DNA of 64,000 bases, taken from NCBI GenBank assembly GCA_050298055.1, contig JBNKTL010000007.1, positions 66,024-130,023 on the forward strand, read 5' to 3'. Shown piece after piece: positions 51,501 through 61,042 of the stretch (position 1 is the stretch's first letter; each line of letters begins with the position of its first letter). The position numbers and the translations under genes were made by a program. This stretch comes from Spirochaetota bacterium. GTDB lineage: Bacteria > Spirochaetota > UBA4802 > UBA5550. The notes under the pieces are model-generated. The model searched no databases. It saw only the letters and a list, made by a program, of their open reading frames with translations, and had not been told where the DNA came from.

Positions 51501-52271
51501 TTAAATCATTGCGAACCGGTCATTAATTGATTTTGCAATACCTTTGAGAAATTCGGCAAAAGGTAATATATCTTTATCTTTAATCTGGCTGTTTAATCCC
51601 AGTACATAAATCGACATGAGTATATTCCCTTTGTAATTGCTTAACGGAACAGCCAGTGCTCTTATCCCCTCAATATATTCCTGGTTGCTGTATGCAAAAC
51701 CATCCTCTCTTGCCTTCATAATCATTTTAAAGAATTTCTTTTTATTTGTAATTGAAAAATCCGTATATTTTTTAAGTTTATTTTCTGACAGAATTTTATT
51801 AATCCTTTCATCGGACATTTTTGACAGGGTAACCTTGCCAACAGCTCCGACAAGTATATGAGTTGAAAGCCCGATTTCGGAAGATACCTTCGGATGTATT
51901 GGGGATTCAACTTTATCAACTGTAAGGACAAGGTCCTTATTAAGCATACCCAGGTAAACAGAAAGATTCAATTTATTATGTATCTCTTCCAGATAGGGAT
52001 GGAGAATAGTTATTAATTCTGAGCTGCTGCCTGCAGCCCTGCCAAGTGAATAGAGATGAGCGCCCAGCCGCACTTTGTTGTTCAGATCCATTTCCAGGAT
52101 ACCAATTTCTATCAATGAATATACCATATTATAAACAGTGCTTTTGTGATAGCCGAGTTCATTTGCAATATCACTTATTCCGGTTTTTTTTTTATTATTA
52201 GAAAGGAAATCCAGTATATTAAAACACTTTTCAAGAGCAGGCACTTTTTTAAAATTTGTTTTATCCGCCAT
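51501..52271 (-). CDS. IclR family transcriptional regulator
   Basis: VPALEKCFNIL, HTH KSTV, AVGK, EYIEGIRALAVP. Confidence 0.92.
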   Translation of the reverse strand: MADKTNFKKVPALEKCFNILDFLSNNKKKTGISDIANELGYHKSTVYNMVYSLIEIGILEMDLNNKVRLGAHLYSLGRAAGSSSELITILHPYLEEIHNKLNLSVYLGMLNKDLVLTVDKVESPIHPKVSSEIGLSTHILVGAVGKVTLSKMSDERINKILSENKLKKYTDFSITNKKKFFKMIMKAREDGFAYSNQEYIEGIRALAVPLSNYKGNILMSIYVLGLNSQIKDKDILPFAEFLKGIAKSINDRFAMI

Positions 52272-52373
52272 CGTATCTATTTTCTCCGTAAACTAACACC
52301 GCATAAAGAAAAAGTTAAACTTAAAATTACTCTTTATAAAAGGTATTTTTTTTCAACAATTTTTATTTTCCAT

Positions 52374-52403
52374 TTGACAAAATTTTTTTTATCGTTCTAT
52401 ACT
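52374..52403 (+). promoter_or_regulatory. Sigma70 promoter of TRAP operon
   Basis: TTGACA-18 bp-TATACT. Confidence 0.6.
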
Positions 52404-52552
52404 GACGATATAAGTTCTCTATAGAAGAATATAAAAAAACAGAAATATACAAAAAAATTTAATAGAGAATCAAAACTGTTCAAACATACAAAAACAAATT
52501 CCCTTAACAATAATACTGTGGGGAAAAGAATATTTGTTTTAAGGAGAGAAAA

Positions 52553-53554
52553 ATGAAAAATAAAATTTTTAAATCTATTGTATTTAGTGGTTTGCTTCTT
52601 TCAATATTGATCCTGTCATTTGCATGCAAAAAGGATTCAAATCCGAAGGATTTAAAATTTGCCTTTTTTCTGCCGCCAAAACACAGCCAGATGCCTCTGG
52701 TAAAGGAATGGGTGAACAAAATATCAAAGGAAGCAGGGATTAAAATCACCATTCTCCAGCAGGGGAAACCGAAGGATCAGTACGATAATATTGCTGCGGG
52801 TGTCGTGGACTTCGGTCTGGTCATACCGTCATATACCGCGGGAAAATTCCCCCTGACCTCCGCAATAGAACTGCCTTTCCTTGTTGATGACGCGGAAAAG
52901 GGGAGTATCGCTTTATGGGAGACGTATGAGAAATATTTAAAAAAAGAATACAAGGATGTTAAGATTCTCTGGATGTTCGTTCACGGTCCGGGACAGGTTC
53001 ATACCACGAAGAAACCGGTAAAGAGTCTGGAGGATATGAAGGGTCTCAAGATCCGTACCCCGGGAGCAGTTATGGCGGGAGCACTCAAGAGGCTGGGAGC
53101 CGTTCCGGTTACTATGCCCATCCCCCAGGTGTATAATGCCCTTGACAGGGGAACAATCGACGGCGTTACAATACCCTGGGAAGTCATGAGGGCCTTCAAG
53201 TTTTATGATGTTCTGAAATACCATACGGAAGTAAAACTCTATACCCTGGCATTCTTCATTGCAATGAATAAAAATACATACAATTCTTTGAGCCCGCAGG
53301 CTAAAAAGATCATCGACAGCAACATGGGTCTGGAGATGTCACGGAGAGCGGGTAGAGCCTTTGCGGACGCAGACGGTCCCGGAAGAAAGATTACGCTTCA
53401 GAAGAATGGAACGCTGATCCCCTTTTCTGAAAAAGAGAGGAAAAGATGGATCAATGCTGTAAAAGGCGCAAAAACCGAATGGGTTTCCAATATGAAGAAA
53501 CGGGGACTTCACGGTGATAAGGTTTTAGAGTTTTTAGAATCAAAACTCAAATAG
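52553..53554 (+). CDS. dctP: TRAP transporter substrate-binding lipoprotein
   Basis: Lipobox SFAC; ELPFL, DMKGLKIR, LGA.PV.MP..VY.AL..G.IDG. Confidence 0.92.
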   Translation: MKNKIFKSIVFSGLLLSILILSFACKKDSNPKDLKFAFFLPPKHSQMPLVKEWVNKISKEAGIKITILQQGKPKDQYDNIAAGVVDFGLVIPSYTAGKFPLTSAIELPFLVDDAEKGSIALWETYEKYLKKEYKDVKILWMFVHGPGQVHTTKKPVKSLEDMKGLKIRTPGAVMAGALKRLGAVPVTMPIPQVYNALDRGTIDGVTIPWEVMRAFKFYDVLKYHTEVKLYTLAFFIAMNKNTYNSLSPQAKKIIDSNMGLEMSRRAGRAFADADGPGRKITLQKNGTLIPFSEKERKRWINAVKGAKTEWVSNMKKRGLHGDKVLEFLESKLK

Positions 53555-53572
53555 ATAAATAAAAAAATAACA

Positions 53573-53601
53573 GTTGTGTCCCCTGTGATGGGGGACACAA
53601 C
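53573..53601 (+). terminator. Hairpin between dctP and dctQ (attenuator or mRNA stabiliser)
   Basis: gttgtgtcccc-tgtgatg-ggggacacaac. Confidence 0.55.
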
Positions 53602-53730
53602 CGGATAATAAAACTGTTTACAAAATTCAGGACCATTAAACCAGGGATCAGGATATGGCTCGTGGATCTTATTTCTCAGTGTATTTAAAAATAATGTAAA
53701 GATAACATTAAGAGTATACGAGGTTTTCCC

Positions 53731-54231
53731 GTGAATGGACCAGTTGAAGAAGATAAAAAAGCGAATATACTGACGAAAATATTAAGCTACATCGGGGGGT
53801 CGGTACTCTTTCTCATGATGGTACTGACGGTAATAGACGTATTTATGCGCTACGTCTTTAACAGCCCCCTGCTGGGAGTTCAGGAAATCACCGAGTTCAT
53901 GCTGGTAACATTCGTGTTTTTCACCCTTGCATATACTGAGACCGAACAATCGCATATACGGGTTGATTTCGTTATGGATAGACTGCCGTCGAAATTCCAG
54001 GATATAAGCTCCCGCGTTGTAATCTTCATCGAAATGCTTACACTGCTCTGCGTGGCAGTTATGGGAGTCATCAAGGGAATCCGCGTCAGGGAGATGCATC
54101 ACGTATCGGGGATCTTAAGCATACCCGTCTATCCCTTCTACTTTGCAGTAGTGCTGGGGGCATTCGCCATGGCACTGGAACTATTCAGAGAAGTTATCGG
54201 AAAAAAGAGAGGAAATAAAAAAGATATATGA
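53731..54231 (+). CDS. dctQ: TRAP transporter small permease
   Basis: DVFMRY.FN.P...E, HIRVD, 4 TM. Confidence 0.92.
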   Translation: MNGPVEEDKKANILTKILSYIGGSVLFLMMVLTVIDVFMRYVFNSPLLGVQEITEFMLVTFVFFTLAYTETEQSHIRVDFVMDRLPSKFQDISSRVVIFIEMLTLLCVAVMGVIKGIRVREMHHVSGILSIPVYPFYFAVVLGAFAMALELFREVIGKKRGNKKDI

Positions 54232-55526
54232 GTTCAGAATTAATCGGTGTTTTAGGAATTATACTGCTTTTTATACTCCTGGCACTGAGATTTTACATCG
54301 GGCTGGTGATGATACTGGTGGGCTTTATCGGCTACAGTCTGCTCACCAATGTTTCTATCGGGATAAAGCTTTTCGGCACCGTTCCCTACTCAACCGGTTC
54401 AATGTACTCGCTGTCGATCATTCCCCTGTTCATCCTCATGGGGCAGTTTGCCCGGGCTTCGGGTCTCAGCAGGGATATCTTTAATTCTGTTTACAAGTGG
54501 GTAGGGCACTTCCCCGGGGGTGTTGCCATGGCCACCATAATGGGTTGCGGTGGATTTGCCGCAATATCGGGATCATCCACGGCTACTGCGGCAACCATGG
54601 GGTCGGTTGCTCTCCCGGAGATGAAAAAGTTTAAATATGCCCCCAGCCTCGCTTCCGGGTGTGTGGCGGCAGGGGGGACAATCGGGATACTGATCCCTCC
54701 CAGCATCGGGTTTGTGGTCTATGGTATCCTGACGGAAGAGTCTATCGGGAAACTCTTCCTGGCAGGGATCCTGCCGGGGATAATGCTGACCCTCCTGTAT
54801 ATGCTTACGGTTTACATCATGTGCAGGATAAAACCCAGTCTGGGTCCCAAGTGTGAAAAGGCTTCCTTTAAAGACAGGGTTATATCATTAAAGGGGACCT
54901 GGGGGATTATTCTTCTGTTTGTTGTTGTCATGGGGGGAATTTACATGGGTGTGTTTACACCTATCGAAGCTGCGGGGATCGGCGCCTTCGGGGCGTTCCT
55001 CTTCTCCCTTTTAAAAAAATCTATGAACCTGAAAATACTCTTTGAGTGCCTGCTGGCAACAGGACAGCTCACATCCATGATCATGCTGATCATGATAGGT
55101 GCCGATGTCTACGCTTATTTCCTGGGAGCATCAAATCTTCCCATGTCTCTGGCCTTATATATATCATCCCTGGCTGTAGGCAAATACGCCATCCTTACCG
55201 GTATACTTATTGTCTATATGTTGCTGGGATGTTTTCTTGATGCTATCGCAATGATTGTCCTTACAATACCCATATTCAGCCCCATTATCGATTCCCTGGG
55301 ATTTGACCCCATCTGGTTTGGAGTGCTGATCGTCGTTATTATGGAGATGGGATTGATAACCCCGCCGGTTGGACTCAATGTTTTTGTCATCAGCGGTATC
55401 GCGGAGGATATTCAGATCAACACCATCTTCCGGGGGATATGGCCTTTTCTGATTGCCAGTATTGTAGCAATTATCATGATTATTTTGATCCCCCAGATTG
55501 CTACATTTATACCGGCTCATATGTGA
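54228..55526 (+). CDS. dctM: TRAP transporter large permease
   Basis: IPLFILMG, SGSS.AT, GILIPPS, GLITPPVGLN. Confidence 0.95.
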   Translation: MSSELIGVLGIILLFILLALRFYIGLVMILVGFIGYSLLTNVSIGIKLFGTVPYSTGSMYSLSIIPLFILMGQFARASGLSRDIFNSVYKWVGHFPGGVAMATIMGCGGFAAISGSSTATAATMGSVALPEMKKFKYAPSLASGCVAAGGTIGILIPPSIGFVVYGILTEESIGKLFLAGILPGIMLTLLYMLTVYIMCRIKPSLGPKCEKASFKDRVISLKGTWGIILLFVVVMGGIYMGVFTPIEAAGIGAFGAFLFSLLKKSMNLKILFECLLATGQLTSMIMLIMIGADVYAYFLGASNLPMSLALYISSLAVGKYAILTGILIVYMLLGCFLDAIAMIVLTIPIFSPIIDSLGFDPIWFGVLIVVIMEMGLITPPVGLNVFVISGIAEDIQINTIFRGIWPFLIASIVAIIMIILIPQIATFIPAHM

Positions 55527-55622
55527 CAGAGAATAATTAATGAGAACAGGAAAATTATATAATGCATGTTTTTTATTCAGACTTAGTAATTCATCATACA
55601 ATGCTTCACAAAATTATATCGA

Positions 55623-55672
55623 TTTAGGCAGGATAGAAATAATAACTTTTTATCCTGCCTAAAATTTTTTCT
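55623..55672 (+). terminator. Rho-independent terminator-like hairpin after dctM
   Basis: tttaggcaggata...tatcctgcctaaa followed by T tract. Confidence 0.65.
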
Positions 55673-55707
55673 TTCCGGCAAATTAAACAAAATACAGGTA
55701 ATAAATT

Positions 55708-57039
55708 GTGACTGATAATCAAAAATACTGGAACCCGTTTTTAGAAACACTTCCTCTTGAAGAATTGAAAAAAATTCAGCTAAAAAAATTTAAAAGAATT
55801 TTTACATGGGCATATGAAAATTCGAAATTTCACAGAAGTCTCTATAAGAAAGCAGGTATTACACCACATGATATTAATACCTTTGATGACATCAGGCATG
55901 TACCAACAGTTGATAAATCAATGATGAAAGAAATCCAGAGGAAAGATCCTTTCCCCTATGGAGATGCTTTATGCGTACCAATAGAAGATGTAACTGAATA
56001 CAGGCAGACCAGTGGCACAACAGGTCAGCCGGTTTATCAGCCCGATACCTGGCAGGATTGGGAATGGTGGTCCGAATCATGGGCATATATTTTATGGGCC
56101 CAGGGCTACCGCCCCAGGGACAGGGTGTTTATACCTTTTGGATATAATGTTTTTGTAGCATTCTGGGCAGGGCATTACGGAGCTGAAAAGGTAGGCTGTG
56201 AAGTTGTTCCCGGGGGAGTTCTGGATACCAAGGCAAGAATTTTAAAAATCGCTGAACTTAATGCCACTGCGCTTATGGGAACCCCTACATATATCCTCAA
56301 TATGGGTGATACAGCCTTAAACCAGATGGGTATCAAGCCGGCCAACCTGACTATAAAAAAAATTACCTGTGCGGGAGAGCCGGGCGCAAGCATTCCGAGC
56401 ACCAAAAAAAGAATTCAGGAATTATGGAACGCAAAGGTTTATGACCATGCAGGTGCAACTGAAATTGGTGCCTGGTCATATGAATGTGTTGAACAATCCG
56501 GGGGCATACACATAAATGAAGCTCTTTTTCTTGTTGAAATTGAAGATATTGATACAGGTAAAATTATAACTGAACCTGGAAAAAGGGGAAAAATGATCAT
56601 TACCGCACTGGACCGTATAGCTCAGCCATGTATTCGCTTTGATTCAAAAGACATTATTGAGTGGTCAGCAGATCCATGTCCCTGTGGCCGTACATTCAGA
56701 ATGATAAAGGGCGGTGTGGTTGGAAGGGTTGATGATATAACAAAAGTTAAAGGTGTTCTTATCGCGCCTTCAGCTATTGAGGAGGTAGTCAGAAGTATCA
56801 AAGAACTGGGTAATGATTATGAAATTTTAATTGATCGTGAAAACAATATTGATCATATAACGCTAAAAGTAGAGATTATACCTCATTTTAAAGAAAATTT
56901 AAATAGTATTAAAGCAAAACTTATCGATCAACTGAGATTAAAAACGAATTTGAGATATAACCTTGAATTTTCCGATTACGGGGAACTGCCACGATATGAT
57001 ATAAAGGCAAAAAGAGTTAAGGATTTAAGAAAAAAATAA
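55708..57039 (+). CDS. Phenylacetate-CoA ligase family aryl-CoA ligase
   Basis: TSGTTGQP, AGEPG, DHAGATE, GRVDD..KVKGV, LPR...KAKR. Confidence 0.9.
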   Translation: MTDNQKYWNPFLETLPLEELKKIQLKKFKRIFTWAYENSKFHRSLYKKAGITPHDINTFDDIRHVPTVDKSMMKEIQRKDPFPYGDALCVPIEDVTEYRQTSGTTGQPVYQPDTWQDWEWWSESWAYILWAQGYRPRDRVFIPFGYNVFVAFWAGHYGAEKVGCEVVPGGVLDTKARILKIAELNATALMGTPTYILNMGDTALNQMGIKPANLTIKKITCAGEPGASIPSTKKRIQELWNAKVYDHAGATEIGAWSYECVEQSGGIHINEALFLVEIEDIDTGKIITEPGKRGKMIITALDRIAQPCIRFDSKDIIEWSADPCPCGRTFRMIKGGVVGRVDDITKVKGVLIAPSAIEEVVRSIKELGNDYEILIDRENNIDHITLKVEIIPHFKENLNSIKAKLIDQLRLKTNLRYNLEFSDYGELPRYDIKAKRVKDLRKK

Positions 57040-57065
57040 CTGAATATGAATAAGAGGAAATTCAA

Positions 57066-57236
57066 ATGACAGATAAAGATTTTATAAAGGATCTGGATAA
57101 AAAAATTCAATTATTGAAAAAAACGGCGGAGGAAATTAATAAAAAAGCAGTTAACTTTCCTGCAGTTGTAAAAAACACTTCCCGTATTCTGGCAAGTATC
57201 AAAATGCTTGAAATAAACATATCAGATTACTTTTAA
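57066..57236 (+). CDS. Small helical protein (56 aa), below ORF-track cutoff
   Basis: MTDKDFIKDLDKKIQLLKKTAEEINKKAVNFPAVVKNTSRILASIKMLEINISDYF; AGAGG RBS; directly after the ligase. Confidence 0.75.
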   Translation: MTDKDFIKDLDKKIQLLKKTAEEINKKAVNFPAVVKNTSRILASIKMLEINISDYF

Positions 57237-57415
57237 GCGAGATTTATTGAGAGAAAATCCACTTCACCCAAATGGTAATAATGAAGAAATCGGTGAAAAA
57301 GATGTTTACATTCACTGATTGCTGTTATACCAGGAGGCGTTTCCTAAAAAACATTTTATCTTACCCTTGATAATCCAGACATACGAAGATCTCATCAAGA
57401 TATCCGGTAATGCTT

Positions 57416-57850
57416 TTAATTCTCTGTTACGGTATAATCCGCATGGTTTCCCCGGGAGGTTTTCATTTTTATAATTACAGTCCCTTTCTCCGGAACATTA
57501 AAGTATATAAAGTTTGGTTTTGGCTGGCTTATATTATTGAGCTTAATGTATCTTCCCTTTTTTTCGTCAAGCACCCACTTTTCAATACGGAGAAGGTGTC
57601 TGTTAGTGTCAAGATTGCCCCTGTATGTTTTGACCTGTGATTCCAATCCTGTTGTGGTTCTGCCTGTCTCAACTTTATCCAGAAAAATCCTGTAGTATGA
57701 TCTTCTGTCTCTTTCCGGATTATCTATACCGGTATCATGGCCCGAAAATACCAGGTTAGATATTTTACTGCCGTTTCTGCTCACGGGCGTAGTGGTACAT
57801 CCCTGAAAAAAGATGATCAGTGATGTCAGGATGAGAAAAAGCGTTTTCAT
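57416..57850 (-). CDS. Hypothetical lipoprotein
   Basis: Lipobox FQGC. Confidence 0.7.
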   Translation of the reverse strand: MKTLFLILTSLIIFFQGCTTTPVSRNGSKISNLVFSGHDTGIDNPERDRRSYYRIFLDKVETGRTTTGLESQVKTYRGNLDTNRHLLRIEKWVLDEKKGRYIKLNNISQPKPNFIYFNVPEKGTVIIKMKTSRGNHADYTVTEN

Positions 57851-57852
57851 TT

Positions 57853-59415
57853 TTACCTCGTATCTTCCGTAATAACTATTTTGTAGGGATTCCTGAAGTC
57901 GTCTTTGACAGATTCAATAACAATATACCCCCTCCTGTCAATCATTTCATTGAAGGCAGCCTTCTTCTCACCTGCGGCATCAACTGTTTTAATCATATAG
58001 CCCAGGGGATCCGTAACAGATATTCTGATTTTCCCGTTTGAAGGAGGAGTACAATCAAAGTGATACATTTTTCTGCTGCTGTGACTCAGGAGATAATAAT
58101 CAACATCTCTTTTTTCGGAGATGTAGCCGGTTATCAGCCCGCCTACTACCATATCAGCTTTCTCTTTAGTATTGTTCGGTTCTGATTCAAGGCCCTCCCC
58201 TTCCAGGCTGTTTACGGAGAGTGTGTAATTACCGCTCTGCTGCCGGGAAAAATTTCTCGCAGTGATTTCAACATAAAAATTGGATCCGGTAAAGAAATCA
58301 GGGAAAATCTCGGTTTCATTACTTCCCGTGTTGTTTACTTCAAACAGGAGTTTGCCCTCGTTGTTATAAATTTTCATCATGAAGTCAATATCAGCTTCCG
58401 GTATTATTTCCATGCTGTAGCTCTTCTCCTCCCCTTGAGCACCTGTCCTGTAAAGAAAAAAGTCAGAATCTGCGGTTGAACTGATGCTTCCCCTGATTGA
58501 ATTTTCTTCAATACTGTTTGCCTCTGTCATTTTATTATTCGGTTCCAGTTCCTGTGACCTGCTGTACTCATCTACCCTGTAGCTGAGAGAATATGGTTCG
58601 CTTCCGTTTTCATCAAATTTTTTCGTTGTAACCAGAAGATAATAGGTTCCCGGTTCCTTTATCCCCATATTCCTTATTTCCGAGGGATTTCCCGAAACCG
58701 TTTCAGGTGATTCTCCCAGGAGCTTCATCCCCGAATTGTAGAGAGAGACTGTTGAGTTGACCCCTTTTACCCCTGCGAGGTGTATGCTTACAAGAACGGG
58801 GAGTTTTAAATCATCGCCGATTTCGAATTTATAGAAATCTTCTTCCCGGAACCTGTTCTCACCCGATTCATTGAGCCAGTTATAACGGGGTGAGAAGTAT
58901 CCCCTGATCTCTTCTCCCTCTCTGAGCGGAGTAGACTGGGCGGGCCTGTCGTTGGGCTCGGTTTCTTCATTCCCCGGTATTTCGGTTTTAATTTCAAGTT
59001 GATACGGGGTTTCCCTGTTCTTTCTCCGGGGATCCCTTGTACCATGCATAACAATGATATGGTAATCACCCTTTTGAAGGAAAAGGTTTCTCAATACCTC
59101 AGGTGATGATTTCCTGTTATCATCAACAAGTTTCAGGAGCTCCGGAACATTTCCCGATTTAAAAACACGGAAGGAGAGATTAACCCCCTTTAATCCGGAG
59201 AGATTTATCTCGGCCACTGAATCTTCGGATACTGAAAAACTGTAATAGTCTCTATCACTTTCTGTATCCATAAACCCGCTGATACTGCCGTTGATTTCAA
59301 ACGGAGTTGCTGTTTTTATACTGTTGTTAGGTTCTTTTTCCACTGGAATGCTTTTTTTACAGGAGAAAGATGTTACACCGAGCAGGAGTATTATCAGAAG
59401 AATTGTTTTTTTCAT
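57853..59415 (-). CDS. Lipoprotein with four PPC-like (E.EPN) beta-sandwich repeats
   Basis: Lipobox SFSC; repeats EKEPNN, ETEPND, ELEPNN, ESEPNN each followed by a D.D(Y/F)(Y/F)-type motif; start set at MKKT. Confidence 0.8.
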   Translation of the reverse strand: MKKTILLIILLLGVTSFSCKKSIPVEKEPNNSIKTATPFEINGSISGFMDTESDRDYYSFSVSEDSVAEINLSGLKGVNLSFRVFKSGNVPELLKLVDDNRKSSPEVLRNLFLQKGDYHIIVMHGTRDPRRKNRETPYQLEIKTEIPGNEETEPNDRPAQSTPLREGEEIRGYFSPRYNWLNESGENRFREEDFYKFEIGDDLKLPVLVSIHLAGVKGVNSTVSLYNSGMKLLGESPETVSGNPSEIRNMGIKEPGTYYLLVTTKKFDENGSEPYSLSYRVDEYSRSQELEPNNKMTEANSIEENSIRGSISSTADSDFFLYRTGAQGEEKSYSMEIIPEADIDFMMKIYNNEGKLLFEVNNTGSNETEIFPDFFTGSNFYVEITARNFSRQQSGNYTLSVNSLEGEGLESEPNNTKEKADMVVGGLITGYISEKRDVDYYLLSHSSRKMYHFDCTPPSNGKIRISVTDPLGYMIKTVDAAGEKKAAFNEMIDRRGYIVIESVKDDFRNPYKIVITEDTR

Positions 59416-59570
59416 TTTACCACCAGGTTTTATAATCAGATAAAACCTATCAGTGCGCACTCCATTTAGTCAATAATAAATTTGCCCTGCGGGAAGCTGC
59501 ATTGCGGCACAGGGATAGAAGAAAGCTGAACCGAGAAAACCGGGGAGCGTACCCCTCCCCTGTTCATGGC

Positions 59571-59903
59571 TTAATGGCTCATTCCCGCAAGTTCTTTCAG
59601 ATCATTGAATGCTTCATCTCTTTTGCTGATGTTTGTTTTTTTAATACACTTTCTGAGTATGTTTTCCCAGTATTTTTCCGGGAGCTCTATCTTCATCTCT
59701 TCAATGACTTCAAGAACCTTTATATCGGATTTTATGTTGAAGATCTCATCTGAATCGTATCTGAAAAGTGAAAAGAGCCTTTCGATATACTCACCCACAC
59801 GTTTTGTGGGTTTAGCTGATTCTCCTTTTCTTTTAAGAACTTCCTGTTTCTTCATTGATTTTTTCAGTTCACGCTGGTGTCTTTCAAGGTCAGTCTTTTT
59901 CAT
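59571..59903 (-). CDS. Hypothetical charged cytoplasmic protein
   Basis: 110 aa ORF with AGGA RBS. Confidence 0.7.
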   Translation of the reverse strand: MKKTDLERHQRELKKSMKKQEVLKRKGESAKPTKRVGEYIERLFSLFRYDSDEIFNIKSDIKVLEVIEEMKIELPEKYWENILRKCIKKTNISKRDEAFNDLKELAGMSH

Positions 59904-60004
59904 GTCAGTATCCTGGAAGAATAATTGTTAGATAGTAGATAATTAATGACAAAACAATTTATTTAATCGTATTTTTCAAGAAATTTTTCATTAACTTTTA
60001 TACA

Positions 60005-60135
60005 AACTACTCCACTCTGTTTAAGAATAACCATATTCATCAAAAAACATGACTGATATATCCCTGCTGCCCTGAACTGCAGGGACATATTCTTGATAGT
60101 TTAGCAAATATATTTATTGTTAGTCAGAGTAGTCA
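60005..60135 (-). repeat. Degenerate element copy E (core 60055-60091)
   Basis: aactactccactctg ... gatatatccctgctgcc..ctgcagggacatatt ... cagagtagtca. Confidence 0.75.
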
Positions 60136-60735
60136 GGTTATTTTATAGAAAAAATTAAAAAAATATTAAAATAATTGGAGTCTCACTAAACTTGTCAATT
60201 TTTAATGCATGAGCCTGTAAAATCAAATTTTTCGTAATTTTTCTTGGAAAAATTTACTTATCTCTCATTTAATCACAAAAATATCTGGTTTATTCTCATT
60301 TCCACTTGAAAAAATTTATTTTTTTCTCATTTCTCCCGTGAATTAGAAATTTTTAAATATCAATCCCCATAAAAATATCCATAAATTTATTTTTGAATAT
60401 ACCTATTTTTACTTGACTAACCTCTAAGATTAAGTGTATGGATGTTTATAAGGAAGAGAGAAGCTTTAAGGTCAACAGATTTTAAGTTTCTGCAAAATCT
60501 GTGTTGGGAAGGTTTAGTGAGTTTATTTTCATAATGCTTGTTGATTGATTTGGAGAGGCCTTACTATTTAGCTGCGATTAAATATCACGCCAATAATTAT
60601 TCATAAATTATTTACTGTAATTTAATGGCTGCATTAATCTCTGGATTAATAGATAACACTATTTCTCATTTAGTGAGCATTCTGAGAAGCTCATCGGTCT
60701 AATTTAAATTTTAATTAATATTTTGTGAGGTTTTT

Positions 60736-60990
60736 ATGTCGTCTAATATCTATGTAGGGAATCTTTCTTATGAGATCAATAATGAATCTCTACAGGAACT
60801 TTTCGAGGAGTTTGGCGAGGTGGTTTCCGCTAAAGTCATTAATGACAGGGAAACCGGAAGGTCCAGGGGTTTTGGTTTTGTTGAAATGTCCAGTGATTCT
60901 GATGCGGATACAGCTATTCAAAATCTTAATGGAAAAGAAATCAAGGGCAGGAGCATAAAGGTGAATGTTGCGAAACCGAAGAAGTATTAA
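60736..60990 (+). CDS. RRM RNA-binding protein (Rbp type)
   Basis: RNP2 IYVGNL, RNP1 RGFGFVEM. Confidence 0.95.
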   Translation: MSSNIYVGNLSYEINNESLQELFEEFGEVVSAKVINDRETGRSRGFGFVEMSSDSDADTAIQNLNGKEIKGRSIKVNVAKPKKY

Positions 60991-61010
60991 ACACTTATCG
61001 GTTCTCCATT

Positions 61011-61042
61011 AAGGATTAGTCATAGAGCTAATCCTTTTTTTT
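61011..61042 (+). terminator. Rho-independent terminator between convergent genes
   Basis: aaggattag-tcatagag-ctaatcctt + T tract. Confidence 0.7.

Noticed and set aside
53573..53601. Hairpin as another copy of the repeat family
   Set aside because: The stem resembles TGTCCCC/GGGGACA, but the GCCGCC inner stem and end motifs are absent; its position after dctP fits an ordinary stabiliser.
59485..59572. 6S or SRP RNA
   Set aside because: Too short for 6S and lacks the SRP GGAA-loop/AGCAG motif.
5204..60135. 36-37 bp palindromic cores as CRISPR repeats
   Set aside because: Copies are kilobases apart, in both orientations, with no repeat-spacer array and no cas genes.
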